A DNA stretch of 64,000 nucleotides from Anolis carolinensis. Lineage: Eukaryota. The number at the start of each line of letters is the position of its first letter. Positions within the stretch are counted from its first letter, which is position 1. Positions 24,905-37,932 of the stretch are shown in pieces. The DNA is taken from the NCBI RefSeq assembly GCF_035594765.1, contig NC_085843.1, forward strand, positions 110,337,971 to 110,401,970, read 5' to 3'. Under the pieces are notes generated by a model, which worked only from the letters and a program-made list of their open reading frames with translations, was not told the DNA's origin and did no database searches. The position numbers were made by a program, and so were the translations under genes.

Positions 24905-25679
24905 TAAACAAACCTTTTCAGGATCAACTATGATATTATTTTCAATTAACATCGAAAGCATGTCAGCTACCAAAGAACAGTTGCTTTATGAACTGTGTCA
25001 AGATAAGAAATGTGACATGGTGTGTGTCCAAGAAACACACAGGGATAAACAACAGAATAACCAAATGTCCCAGGAATTATCTTAGTAGCGGAAAGACCAC
25101 ATACACAGTATGGAAGTGCTGTCTTGTAAAACTGGGCCTCCAAGTCAGCAGTGCCCATGACACTGTAGAAAACAATATAGAGGTTATAACTGTAGAGCTT
25201 GGTAACATCACGGTTACCTCTATGTACAAGTCCCCAAATGAAGAGTTTTGTTTCTTTTCTCCTGAAAATTTTGATAGGCACCAAAGGGCAGTAGTAATTC
25301 ATATGGCCCATAAGTATGATGATGGAATCTGTATAAGAATGGCAAAAGCAATTGGTTTACTGTTTACAAAGCTCAGTTGGTGCTAGACCTTTGATATGTT
25401 TTAATCATTTGAAAGATTATTTATAATTGACATGTATATTTTTATAGTTTTATAATATTGTGTTTTACTGTTATTGTTATTATACAGACCAATCTCCTTG
25501 TTGTGCCATCTTTATAAAGTTCTGAAGAGACTTATTCTTCATAGAATTATGGAAAAAATAGACCCATGTATGATTCCACAGCAAGCTGATTTCAGAAAAG
25601 GGAAAAGCTGCATATCACAAGTGTTGAACCTGAACCAGCATATGGAATATGGTTTGAAAGGCAGCAGATTACAAGAGCT

Positions 25680-25734
<55 letters not shown>

Positions 25735-25934
25735 GGTGTCGTGCCAAAAGATCTCAGCCGGCATTTGGAAACATTGACAAAATTACGATCCGTCAACTGC
25801 AAAAGGCCACCCTACTGAGATCTGCGCGCATCATCCGAAAATACATCACACAGTCCTAGACACTTGGGAAGTGTTCGACTTGTGATTTTGTGATACGAAA
25901 TCCAGCATATCTATCTTGTTTGCTGTGTCATACA

Positions 25935-25990
<56 letters not shown>

Positions 25991-27391
25991 GTTATCCTGC
26001 CCTATCTCTCTGAGGAGACTCATAGCCCTGTCAGCAGCTTATGATATTGTAAATCATTACCTTCTCCTGAGAAAAATGTATAATATCACAAAGGATTGCC
26101 ACCATACCAGCTTTATAGGAAATCTGCTACAAAACAGGAACATTTTTGTTGAGTTCCAGGGTCAGAGAAGCAGATGAGGAAAACAGAAGAATGGCCTGCC
26201 TCAGGGGAGCGTACTTGCTCCATCAATGTTTAACATTTACACAAATAATCAGCCACTGCCAGAAGGGACAAAGAATTTCATCTATGCTGACGATCGTGCC
26301 ATCACTGCTCAAGCTGGAAGTTTTCAAATGGTTGAACAGAAGCTCTTCGAAGCTTTAAGTGCTCTTACTGCCTATTACAGGGAAAACCAGCTGATTCCTA
26401 ATCCATCTAAAATGCAGGTGTGTGCTTTTCTCTTAAGAACAGACAAGCATCTTGAACTCTGAGGATTACCTGGGAAGGAATTACATTGGAGCATCGCAGC
26501 ACACTCAAATACCTGGGAGTTACTCTGGACCGTGTTCTGACTTACAAGAAGCACTGTCTGATTATCAAGCAAAAAGTGGATGCTAGATATAATATTATAT
26601 GAAAGCTGACTGAGACAACCTGAGGATCACAGCCAGATACAGTGAAGACATCTGCCTTTAGACTTTGCTACTTTGATGCTGAATACACATGCCCAGTATG
26701 GAATACATCTCACCACGTTAAACAGCGGATGTGGCTATTAATGAGATATGCCACATTATCACAAGATGTCTACGCCCTACACTGCTGGAGAAATTATACT
26801 GTTTAGCTGGTATTACACCATCTGATATCCGTTGGGAAGTAGCAGTCAGTCATGAAGGAACAAGGCATTGACATCTCTGGCCCATCCTCTGTTCAGATAT
26901 CAGCCAGCATGCCAACGTCTTAAATCAAGAAATACTTTTCTAAGATCTACAGAGAAACTCGCAGGAACACCTCAGCAAACAAGGGTCCAAAAGTGGCAGG
27001 TCAAAACCCGGAATCTCAATCAGTGGCTGATACCAGATGAGAAACTCCCTCCTGGGCACACAGAAGACTGGGTAACTTGGAAGGTGCTGAACAGACTGCG
27101 CTCTGGTACCACGAGATGTAGAGCTAATCTTAAGAAATGGGGCTACAAAGTGGAATCCACAACATGCCAGTGTGGAGAAGATCAAACCACAGACCACTTA
27201 CTACAATGCAATCTGAGCCCTGCCACATGCACAATGGAGGGCCTTTTTACAGAGATACCAGAGGCACTCGAAGTGGCCAGTTTCTGGTCAAACAAAATTT
27301 AATATAATGTCAAGTTTTAACTTTGTTCATGGTTTTTATGCAGTATAACTGTATTCTCAATTTGCCTTTGACACAATAAATAAATAAATAT
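24905..27391 (+). mobile_element. Vingi/Ingi-clade LINE, degenerate and interrupted
   Basis: APE N-terminus (SINIE..VCVQETH-like), RT pieces (YRPISLLCHLYK, FIYADDRAI, KYLGVTLD), C-terminal WKVLNRLRSG..CQCGEDQTTDHLLQC, and a (TAAA)n tail. Confidence 0.88.
25735..25935 (+). mobile_element. 5'-truncated R4/Dong 3' end between (TAA)n arrays, inside the Vingi element
   Basis: Near-identical to the reverse complement of 14203-14400; TAA arrays at 25681-25734 and about 25938-25990. Confidence 0.92.
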
Positions 27392-27759
27392 AAGGAAACT
27401 TGAAGTATAAATCCAGAATCCCTGCACATATACATACATTCAACTACATTCTACAACCTGTATACAGTGAACACATATTGAATATTAATATGGGAGCTCG
27501 TATATAGATCAGCAATTTGTGTACATATATACACAAACTGAATAGCCTGAATCTTGCTGATTAGACCCAACTAAAGGGATTTTTGAATGGTGAATCAACA
27601 CATCCATAAATCCCATTGATTCAATGACTGTTCAGTTGGTGCTAACACTAGAATGGATGCCTGCTTCCACAGAATTTAAGAAGTAAACAAACCTGCTTAT
27701 GCCAACAGTAATATTGCAGCCAGGCTCCTCTACAGTGCTAGGTCTAGTGATTTGTCCTA

Positions 27760-27935
27760 TCATCAACACGATTTCTTAATGGCAGTTCTACATAGAAGTC
27801 ATTAGAATTGTTCAATCTGGGTACCATTATTGCATGGATAACTGATGCACCATCCATCCTCTTCCAATGGAAATGCAGTTGATAAAAAGCATTTCTGACC
27901 ATTCCTACTACCTGAGCATTCCTTGTCAAGTCCCA
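27760..27935 (-). mobile_element. L2 fragment
   Basis: AQVVGMVRNAFYQL...IHAIMVPRLNNSNDFYVELPL, a degenerate L2 ORF2 motif. Confidence 0.6.
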
Positions 27936-28227
27936 GTACATGAGAATTCTCAGACTATGAAATGTGTCCTTGTGTAAGAGTTCAATTCCATTTAAATCAA
28001 AATTGTGATTTGCAGTAGATGATTTTCCCGAATTAATATATCAATTTATTCACTCTCATATAGCTGAAAACTATCTCCTGACACCAGTTCAAGCATTCAA
28101 AAGTGCTCCTGGGAGAAATGGACTACAAAGTGAGATATAATGATGCTTCAGTCCAACTGACTTATAGGAAATATATGTTTTCATTTTGTTATAGGTGATA
28201 AACTATGACCCCTCAAATCTTTCCTTT

Positions 28228-28283
28228 CCTCCTCCCTCCCTCCGTCCCTCCGTCCCTCCGTCCCTCCGTCCCTCCCTCCCTTC
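28228..28283. repeat. (CCCT/CCGT)n microsatellite
   Basis: Seen directly. Confidence 0.85.
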
Positions 28284-29847
28284 CCCCAATGGCTGTCCTG
28301 AGGGATTACATCAATTGAAGTCTAAAGAAATTTGCCTACCTCTGCTCTCAATTTTTATATAAACAGCAAGGAAGACATCATGAGTACTCTTTTAGCAAAC
28401 AACATTCTAATTACAATAAGAATAACATATGACTTTATCTCTGATGTTACTAGCAGGTTCTGATGCTAAGAATAATGGAAATATGTATTACTAGTACAAG
28501 TAAATGTATATTCTTTGGTTCAAAAAGAGGAAAAAGTTTTCTCTTGCTCACAGACTAAAAAAAAATCAGCAGCAGGCAAAGCAGAAGTTTTATGAGTTTT
28601 TTCCTGACTGTTGAAGCACATTGCATCTGTATCTGACAGTGAACAAAGGGTTCTCTTTCAAAGCCAGACTCATGCCATGCCATTCAATATGCATTAGGGC
28701 TGCTTTGAACTTCTCCATTTAGAGTTGGAATGCTTATTTTCATACAAAAGATGTTTCCTGCAACCCTTTGACTTCCCCCTCCTGAAACTGTTGATTGGAA
28801 AACATATCAAGTGGCAAACTTCTCGTTCCATGGTTAGTTCAAAGGCACTGTTTTAAATATGTTTCTCTGTAGAAGCAGGTGCTTTTCCTCAGCATTGGAA
28901 GCATTTCAAAGATCATTTCAAACATTTGCAACTGCATGTAAGGAAAATAAGCATAATGTGATACATCAAAGTGAATGCATTGGCCATCCTAGCTTTCCTA
29001 GTGGATGTGACCATTGTTCAGGGAAGAAGCTATCCCTGAATCTCAGTGAACTAACAGCATTATCTGATGTACCATCAAAGTCTACATATACATTTTATCT
29101 CTGCTCCCCCACTCTACAAAAAAGCTTGTGTTGTGAATATTCACCGAATATTCATATGCAACCTGCTTCATTAAAATTGTATTTGAGCCACTGGCCCTTC
29201 ACAGTTAAAAGCAATTCTAAAAAGTATTCTTACTATACTTTTTTATAGTGAAATAAAATATGAATCCAATAGAATAATAGACAACTGGACTTCAGGCTGG
29301 ACTACCAGTGGCTGACTGTAGTCCAAAAATTTTGGATTTATGTCTTCTTGTCCTATATAATGCTCTCTCTAAGGACTTCATCCTATGGGGGAGGGAAGAT
29401 TGGGCATTGTCTTCTTAGAGGGGTGTTTCATGTTGCTTCATCTCCAAAGGATCTGAAGAACATACCTACCCCCAACATACATGCTTTCCTTCTCCCGTTC
29501 TACAAAAATCATTTGTTTGCTTTTTCATTACACTTTCTGCCTCCTCATATTTTAAAAAGGGAACTTATCAATTCTTATATAGCAAAGTACCCATACTTCA
29601 GCATTGCAAACTCTCATTAATAAAATAAAATAAATATAATTATTTACTGTCCTTACTGTATCTTTGGGGTGCATTTGACCACAGCCCACAGAAAAATGTC
29701 ACAAAAGAGAAAGAACATGGGAAAAGAAATCAATTACCATCATACCTAAATTTGCTGTTTTAGACCATCTCTATGTACAGGGAACCATCTGGAGTCAATT
29801 CCCAAATGTCTTTAAAATCATTGTGTTTCTTCACACTTAAGAAATTA

Positions 29848-30177
29848 AGCCTCCAGTGGCTCAGTGTGTTAAAGCGCTGAGCTGCTGAACTTGCAGACCA
29901 AAAGGTCCCAGGTTCAAATCCAGGGAGCGGAGTGAGCGCCCACTGTTAGCTCCAGCTTCTGCCAACCTAGCAGTTCGAAAACATGCCAATGTGAGTAGAT
30001 CAATAGGTACCGCTCCGGTGGGAAGGTAGCTGCATTCCATACAGTCATGCCGGCCACATGACATTGGAGGTGTCTACGGACAACGCTGGCTCTTTGGCTT
30101 AGAAATGGAGATGAGCACCAACCCCCAGAGTCGGACACGACTGGACTTAACATCAGGGGAAACCTTTACCTTTACCT
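29848..30177 (+). mobile_element. Sauria SINE
   Basis: A box TGGCTCAGTGTG, B box GGTTCAAATCC, body GTAGATCAATAGGTACCGC, (ACCTTT)n tail; TSD TTAAGAAATTA. Confidence 0.92.
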
Positions 30178-31489
30178 TTAAGAAATTAGTTCAAACAGAT
30201 TTGATGATCTTGCATCATCTGATTAGCTCAGTGGGGCTCCATGTTTTAAGTGCATAGAAACCCTTGGAGAGGCACCATGGGATGAAGTTCTAAGTTTCTA
30301 CAGATTAGTCCGTCTTTGGAACACATGACAAGAGCTTGAAATAGTTATATTTTTAGACTACAACTCCATAATTTCCCACCCTTCTGTCTATAAGGCTTCT
30401 CTGATTTCTATTTCTTTTAAAATATCTTTGCCTTCAAAAGCCAGCACAATTATTTTTGTGCATTTTTGGTGGTCTAATCAATGCATCATCTCAATGTGCT
30501 TATGAAATACATAATTATTTTAAAGACTAGACAGAAACAAAAGTTATACCTATGAAAGTAGAATTTGTCGGGAGGTTGAACATTTAAAAATGCAAGTTTG
30601 ATTTTTCTTTAGAATTTCTCAACCTGCTCTATAACATTTTAAAAAGAGAGTGGCAAATGAGAATTCCCAATGAAATTTTGTAATTATTTGTGGCCATTAG
30701 TCCTAGAGTTGTGGTTTCCCCATAAGGAGTTAGTTAATTTTAATAACTAAAGCAAAATTGAGCAGCACAATTTCTGCGTACAAGAAGACAAAAAAGAATA
30801 CCTTATTCTTCTTCTCTCATCTTTTTAATTATTACTTTCCAAAACAGAGACATACAAGTGTATTAAAGACTGATAAAAGAATTAGGTTTTGCAACCTAAG
30901 TTGACTTTGCTGAAACACTTTCAAGGAAGCAGAGATTAAAAAGCGTTCTTCCAACTTGGCTGCATGAAGGAACTTTTAAAATCTCTTATGCATAGTGGTG
31001 CACATAGGGTTGCAGAAGAGACTTCGTGCATGGAAAATTAATCATGCTATCTGTATCTGACAGCTCAAGTGATTAGTGTGCAGAGACCTTTCATATCTCA
31101 AACTAGCAGTACATACATTTGATCAATTTTAGGCAGCTACATCTGTTATATAAAGTCATATTGTTGCAGGAGTCTAAGCTACCCAATGATAGTGCTGTGC
31201 TAATTTACTGCCTAAGTAACAATAGCTGAGGGGGACAAAAGTCATCTTCCGTTTGGCTGGAAATCATGCAAGTTTCATTTCTACTTACAGAGTTGTCCCT
31301 ATCTCCAGCCAAGCTGAGATCAGAAACATGACAATTTAATCGATGGATTTGGAACTCCTTTCGCTCGTTCTCTTCTGCTTCCCATTCCAGGACTGACCAT
31401 GGTTTCCATATGCTTTGAAAGAAAATGAGCAGATAGAACAAAATAGATTCTTTATCTGTAATTATTTTACCCTGCATAATATATATATT

Positions 31490-31790
31490 TTATTCTGAAG
31501 GGAACTGAATCATGTTATCCAATGCAAATCAAGATGCTGGTATGAATATTTAAAGCCTTGCATGATTCAGGGTCAGGTTATTGTGAAAGATCATCTCCTC
31601 CTATATAATTTTTCCTAGGCCCTAAGATTTTAAAAAGTGAGTCTTCTTTGGATGACCATGTCCGATTAGGCAAGGATCCATTGGCTAAAATAGAAAGAGG
31701 AGCTTTTTAATGATGGCAACCTGGTTGTAGAATGCCCAATAAATCATTTTAGCATCCAGGATATCATTATTTTCTATGTTAAATGAGAGG
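31490..31790 (+). mobile_element. Old L2 3' fragment
   Basis: Degenerate CAAATCAAGATGCTGGTATGAATATTTAAAGCCTTGCATG..GGTCAGGTTATTGTGAAAGATCATCTC, an FKALxGxGPxYL-type motif. Confidence 0.5.
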
Positions 31791-32421
31791 TTTTTTTTAT
31801 TCTGCAGCCCCCCTTTTATACATGTGATTTCGGTTTTTCAAAGCATTTTTATGCTTCTTAGATGTTGTGGTCTGTTTTAAAAAGAGAATGATCAGAAGGT
31901 GGTAGTTGATTGTATAGGAATGGATAGCATTCTCAGAAATATTTACCAGCTCTGCTCTTAGAGATCCACTTTTTGTTGGAGATACTATGGTTGAAGCAGA
32001 ACAACACTATCTACTTTTGATCTATGCCCCTTAATAGATCTGGGTTTAGAGGTAAGATAATTCAGAAATTCATTGCTGTGTAGAGAAACTGATATTAGCT
32101 CTCCCAGTTTCATAGCCTATGTGGAAACACTACTTACCTAAATTGAAAAGTACACTCTTTGCATTGAAAAGTTATTGATTTCAATCCTTGGCAATCTTAA
32201 GAAAGGCTAGGAAAGAAATCTGGAGAACTGTTACTAGTGAGAGTCAGCGATATTTATTGGTCCCCTTATTGAGTTTTTAAGCAACATTTTGTGTTTTGTG
32301 TCTAGAATTTACATTGAGAAATGTGAAAGATAGTAGAATTCTCAGCTGAGTAATCAAACTATGCAATATTCAATGGCACACTTTAGTTTGATACGGCTGC
32401 ACCCTACATCTCACTCTACAT

Positions 32422-32556
32422 CAGTGGTTCTCAACCTGTGAGTCCCCAGGTGTTTTGGCCTACAACTCCCAGAAATCTGAGCCGGTTTACCAGCTGTTAG
32501 AATTTCTGGGAGTTGAAGGCCAAAACACCTGGGGACCCACAGGTTGAGAACCACTA
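32422..32556. mobile_element. hAT MITE with SPIN-like TIRs
   Basis: CAGTGGTTCTCAACCT / AGGTTGAGAACCACTA; TSD CTCTACAT. Confidence 0.9.
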
Positions 32557-33242
32557 CTCTACATGGTAAGGACCATCATTTTATAGACTCTGTAGCATGT
32601 AGGCCAGGCAGAGTCTACAAACAGACTACCACAGCAAATTCTTCACATTTATCTTTTGCAAATCCTGTTTATATACTCTATGTATATATCTGCCTATGCT
32701 ATCCACTACCATGGTCACCCAATCAGCTTCATGGCACGATGGGGATTTGAACACAGATCTTTCTGCTCTTAATCTATTAGATTAACCACATTGGTTCTCT
32801 CATTTATGCTTTAAGCCTCTTCTAAATCTATTTTTCATGCTAAGTCACTCAGCAACCTTGTCTTTTACTACAGACAATGAAATAGAGATTTTGTATAGAA
32901 TCCATGATTCTCCACTCATCTGATCTGCCCTGGACTCCAGATCTTTATAAATACCTGTAATCTTCCTCAGCTAATTGGTACAAGTCAACTATAGCATTCC
33001 AGCTGTGTCATCTGCCCCATATGGTGAGCAATTGAGCCATAAGACTGAAAACAGACATATATTTACACATTGCTGCTGTGAAAGCTAATATGTACCTGCA
33101 CTTGTAGAAGGAGAAATGATGATTTTGGATGAATACAATAAAAGGATGAATACAATAAGCAAGAGAGGTGGTAAAATTTATTGTAATTGCTCTCAGAAAG
33201 CTATTTTTTCTTATTTCTAACATAACATTATTTCTCCCAAAG

Positions 33243-34234
33243 AGTTCTCAACAATGCGTCTTCTTCATCCTGGAAAGAAGTCATGAGTGGAGTGCCACAG
33301 GGTTCTGTCCTGGGCCCGGTTCTGTTCCATTTTTATTAATGACTTAGATGAAGGGCTAGAAGGCATGATCATCAAGTTTGCAGATGACACCAAACTGGGA
33401 GGGATATCTAATATTCCAGAAGACAGAAGCAGAATCTAAAACGATCTTAACAGATTAGAGAGATGGGCCAAAACTAACAAAATGAACAGGGACAAATGCA
33501 ATATCTCCACTTAGGCAGAAAAAATGAAATGCAAAGTTGCAGAATGGGGGACGACTGGCTCAACAGCAGTACGTGTGAAAAAGATCTTGAAGTCCTCGTG
33601 GACAACAAGTTAAACATGAGCCTACAATGTGATGTGGTCGCAAAAAAAGCCAGTGGGATTTTGGCATGCATCAATAGGAGTACAGTGTCTAGATCCAGGG
33701 AAGTCATGCTCCACCTCTATTCTTCCTTGGTCAGACCACACCTGGAAGACTGTGTCCAATTCTGGGCACCGCAATTGAAGGGAGATGTTGACAAGCTGGA
33801 ATGCGTCCAGAGGAGGGCAACTAAAATGATCAAGGGTCTGGAGAACAAGCTGTATGAGGAGCGGCTTAAGGAGCTGGGCATGTTAAGTCTGCAGAAGAGA
33901 AGGCTGAGAGTAGACATGAAGAGGGCCATATATAAATATATGAGGGGGAAGTCATAGGAAGGAGAAAGCTTGTTTTCTAGCCTGGAATCTAGGATGCAGA
34001 ACAATGGCTTCAAACCACAGGAAAGGAGATTCCACCTGAACATTAGGAAGAACTTCCTCACTGTGAGAGCTGTTTGGCAGTGGAACTCTCTGCCCCAGAC
34101 TGTGGTGGAGGCTCCTTCTTTGGAGGCTTTTAAGCAGAGGCTGGATGGCCATCTGTCGGGGGTACTTTTCCTGCTTCTTGGCAGGGGGTTGGACTGGATG
34201 GCCCGTGAGGTCTCTTTCAACTCTATGATTCTAT
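33243..34234 (+). mobile_element. CR1 LINE, 5'-truncated
   Basis: SGVPQGSVLGP, KFADDTKL, LYSSLVRPHLEDCVQFWAP; canonical CR1 3' end. Confidence 0.95.
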
Positions 34235-34936
34235 AAAATTCCTTCTCCTAAATTCCCTTTGGTGACCATGGAGTGCAAAATGCAGTAGTTTCTAAAATGC
34301 AGTCACATTTATTCTGTTATTATTTTAAAACTGGCTCTTCAGCCAGGAGGAGGAGAAGTAGCAGGGGATGAAGAGAAGGCAGAGGTCGATGGAGAGCCTG
34401 AAATGAGAAGAAAATAGCTGCAAGATGACTGGCACTGCTGAGCACGGAACCTGCCACCGGGAAGAATAAGAGGCAGGGTGGGAATGTTGTGATGTGGGGG
34501 ATGCATGTGGCCCTTGAGGGGTAAGCATTCCAGTTGCCCTCAATGCTAAACTTTTCACCCACATCTGTCCCATTTTTAACTGAAAAATGCATGAAAATAC
34601 CCAGTGCTCTAAAATGCTTTCCCAGGAACTCTCCATTCCAAAACAGGGAGTTACCCCTCAAAAAAAAAAAAAAGAAATGTGACTGAAAGTTATATAACAC
34701 AATTGAACAAAATGCTAGCTGAGATGGCATTCTGCATCTTTCTGGAGGCCAGTGTAGCACAGTGCAGCCTTCCATGCTCCAGAGCATGCCCATCCCTAAC
34801 CCAGGGGAATATAGACCCATTTTTAAAAGAAAAGAAATATGAGATTTTATGCATTATGGATGCATTATTGCTTGAACCTGTTGGGAAGTGCAAACCTCTC
34901 CCCTTCTACTGTTAGAAGATAAAGCAGAACCTCTGC

Positions 34937-35025
34937 AAACCAAGAGAGGAATTTTGGGCTAGGAAGAGACTTTAGTCTGAGAGTGAAAAAAGACTTCTTC
35001 CTAGCCCCTAATCACCTCTTGGTTT
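34937..35025. repeat. Imperfect inverted repeat (probable centre of an old palindromic MITE)
   Basis: AAACCAAGAG..GGGCTAGGAAGA pairs with TCTTCCTAGCCC..CTCTTGGTTT. Confidence 0.65.
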
Positions 35026-36580
35026 ATCCTTTTTAGTTTATCAGTCTGGGAATGATAAAACCGCTCCCTTTTCACAGCAGGGGGTAAGGGGGCAAGATCA
35101 GCTACTTCCCATACCTTGAGATTTCAGGACCAAAAACTGAGATCAGATGACAGGGACCTGTGATATCCTTGTGTAACAAAACTGGCGTGAATGAGGCATA
35201 TTGGCTTTAGATGTTTCCACAATGTTCTGTAGTCTGTTATACTCTCAATGTACTTTTTACCTGTCCAATGAGAGGCATCTCACTGTAAAATTATTTCTTC
35301 AGCAACGTGAATGTGGAGTAGAAACGAACAACTGCTGGCAGGTAATAGGCAATTACATTTCAGAAATGTTCCTTGTTTTAACTAATCTTGCCCAAATTAT
35401 CTTTCCAGGATTTTCTTGAGCCAATTATATTTGTATTGTGATTTAGAAAGGAGCTGGAAATAGGAGTTATCTAATATTTACATAAATTTGAATTAGCAAC
35501 AAGTACAGGTGAGATAACTTCAGTTGAAATGGACAATTGCCTTTAGGCCATTGTATCATAAAAGCAAAAACTGGAGTTTGATTGTAATTTATGGACAGTG
35601 TATAATGTATCATTTCATAGGACTGGCCCACAGAACTTGATTTCTCTAATTTTCTGAAAATGTTTGTTTCACTAAAATTCCAACTAATGCCACAATGAGT
35701 TAAGTATATGCAATTATCTTTCTCAAAATTGAGGTCTTGATGTTTTAATTATAAAGCATAATCTAATGCAATTAAACAATGTAGGTTTCTGTATAAAACT
35801 TAAATAATTTATTAGCTACAAGGAAAGTAACAGGAAAAATGTTCCTTCTTCAGTATTATATTTTGATCCATGAACTTTAATGTCTTTAAACTGATCTCAG
35901 GGATTCATTATCAGATCATAAAAAACACTTTTTTATCTAGGGAATTCTGAAAGAATCTAGCAATGATTTTCATTCATTCTTTTTTATCCCCCGTTCTCTA
36001 ACAAGAAATAAGCATAAAGAAAATAAAAACAATAAATGATGGTGACTAGCTAACAAGGAGCTGGCATGTATGCTTTCCTAAATTGTGAAAAATAATGTTC
36101 AACCTTCTGCTCTTCAGTTTTGTGCCAATTTATTCCAATGAAACAGTTAAGTGTACTGTGGAGCAGAGAACATTTATTTTTGCAATTATAACTCTGCTAC
36201 ATTTAACTTAGGTGCTTTAAATGGCTGCACACAGCACTTCTAATGCTGCAAGTGGCCATTCAGGTGAGTACAAGCACAATCATATTAGTGCTAACTTGAT
36301 TAGTGACAGGAACCAATGTGATGAAATTAATTACAGTACAACCATATATCCATGAGGAATGCATGCTCGGACTTTGTGCAGATATACAAAACCATGGTTA
36401 ATAAGTAAACCTACTGAAATTAAGGTCTTCTGGCTCACAAATACCATGTGGTGGAGGACTAGCAATACCTAGAAAATAATATTTTGTTGGATGTGGATAA
36501 ATGAAACTATGAATACCAGTTCCATAAATGGGGAGGCGGTCACACTGCATATTCATCTTTTATTTGAATGGTTTTCCTAT

Positions 36581-37859
36581 CTTACTTACTTAGGCGATCC
36601 CTCGACGTTCGAGGACGATGGTCTTCCAACCTTGGTATCTTGGGCGTGTGTTCTTAGGTGACTGAAGAGACCGATTCTTGACCCGCATATTCTCCCGCAG
36701 TGAGGACATCGGTTTCCAGGTGGAAGGCGGTCCCGGTCGGGGTTAGCTTGACGCTCCTTCCTCTTGGCACGTTTCTCCCTTAAGCCCTCCGTTCGTGCCT
36801 CTTCAAACTCCGCAGCACTGCTGGTCACAGCTGACCTCCAATTAGAGCGCTCAAGGGCCAGGGCTTCCCAGTTCTCAGTGTCTATGCCACAGTTTTTAAG
36901 GTTGGCTTTGAGCCCATCTTTAAATCTCTTTTCCTGCCCTCCAACATTCCGTTTCCCATTCTTGAGTTCAGAGTAGAGGAGCTGCTTTGGGAGACGGTGA
37001 TCGGGCATTCGGACAACGTGGCCAGTCCAACGGAGTTGATGGCGTAAGAGCATCGCTTCAATGCTGGTGGTCTTTGCTTCCTCAAGCACGCTGACATTTG
37101 TCCGCCTGTCTTCCCAAGAGATTTGCAGGATTTTCCTGAGACAACGCTGATGGAAACGCTCCAGGAGTTTGGTGTGACGTCTGTACACAGTCCACGTTTC
37201 GCAGGCATAGAGCAGGGTTGGGAGGACAATGGCTTTATAAACAAGCACCTTGGTCTCTCTACGGATGTCCCGGTCATCGAACACTCTCTGCTTCATACGG
37301 AAAAATGCTGCACTCGCAGAGCTCAGGCGGTGTTGTATTTCAGTGTCGATGTTGACTTTTGTGGAGAGGTGGCTACCAAGGTAGCGGAAATGGTCAACAT
37401 TTTCTAATGTTGCACCGTTAAGCTGTATTCCTGGCTTTGCAGAGGGATTAGCTGGTGCCTGTTGGAAGAGCACTTTGGTTTTCTCGATGTTCAGTGAGAG
37501 GCCGAGCTTCTCGTATGCTTCTGCGAAGGTGTTTAGAGTGGCTTGTAGGTCTTCTTCTGAACGCGCACAGACTACGTTGTCATCAGCATATTGGAGTTCT
37601 ATAACAGATGTTGTGGTGACCTTGGTTTTGGCTCTCAGTCTGCTGAGGTTAAATAGCTTGCCATCTGTCCGATAGATGATTTCCACTCCGGTGGGAAGCT
37701 TCCCATCAACAAGGTGAAGTATCATAGCGATGAAGATGGAAAATAAGGTGGGGGCAATAACACATCCCTGCTTGACACCTGATTCAACCTTAAATGGGTC
37801 ACTTTGGGAGCCGTTGCTGTCCAAGACTGTTGCCATCATGTCATCATGGAGGAGCCGCA
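36581..37859 (-). mobile_element. Young 5'-truncated RTE-clade LINE with an uninterrupted ORF
   Basis: GVKQGCVIAPTLF, ELQYADD, FRYLGS, RWTGHVVRMPDHRLPKQLL and a C-terminal C2H2 finger (CPHC..HLRTH); (TAAG)n tail. Confidence 0.95.
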
Positions 37860-37932
37860 TCCCCGGGCAATGTCCTTGCACCAGAAGCGACTTGCAGTTT
37901 CTCAAGTTGCTCCTGACACGGAAAAAAAAAAA
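37857..37932 (+). mobile_element. 3' end of the Vingi-tailed SINE fused head-to-head with the RTE
   Basis: CCCCGGGCAATGTCCTTGCA-CCAGAAGCGACTTGCAGTTTCTCAAGTTGCTCCTGACACGG-A11 matches the tail of the SINE at 12378-12667. Confidence 0.85.
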
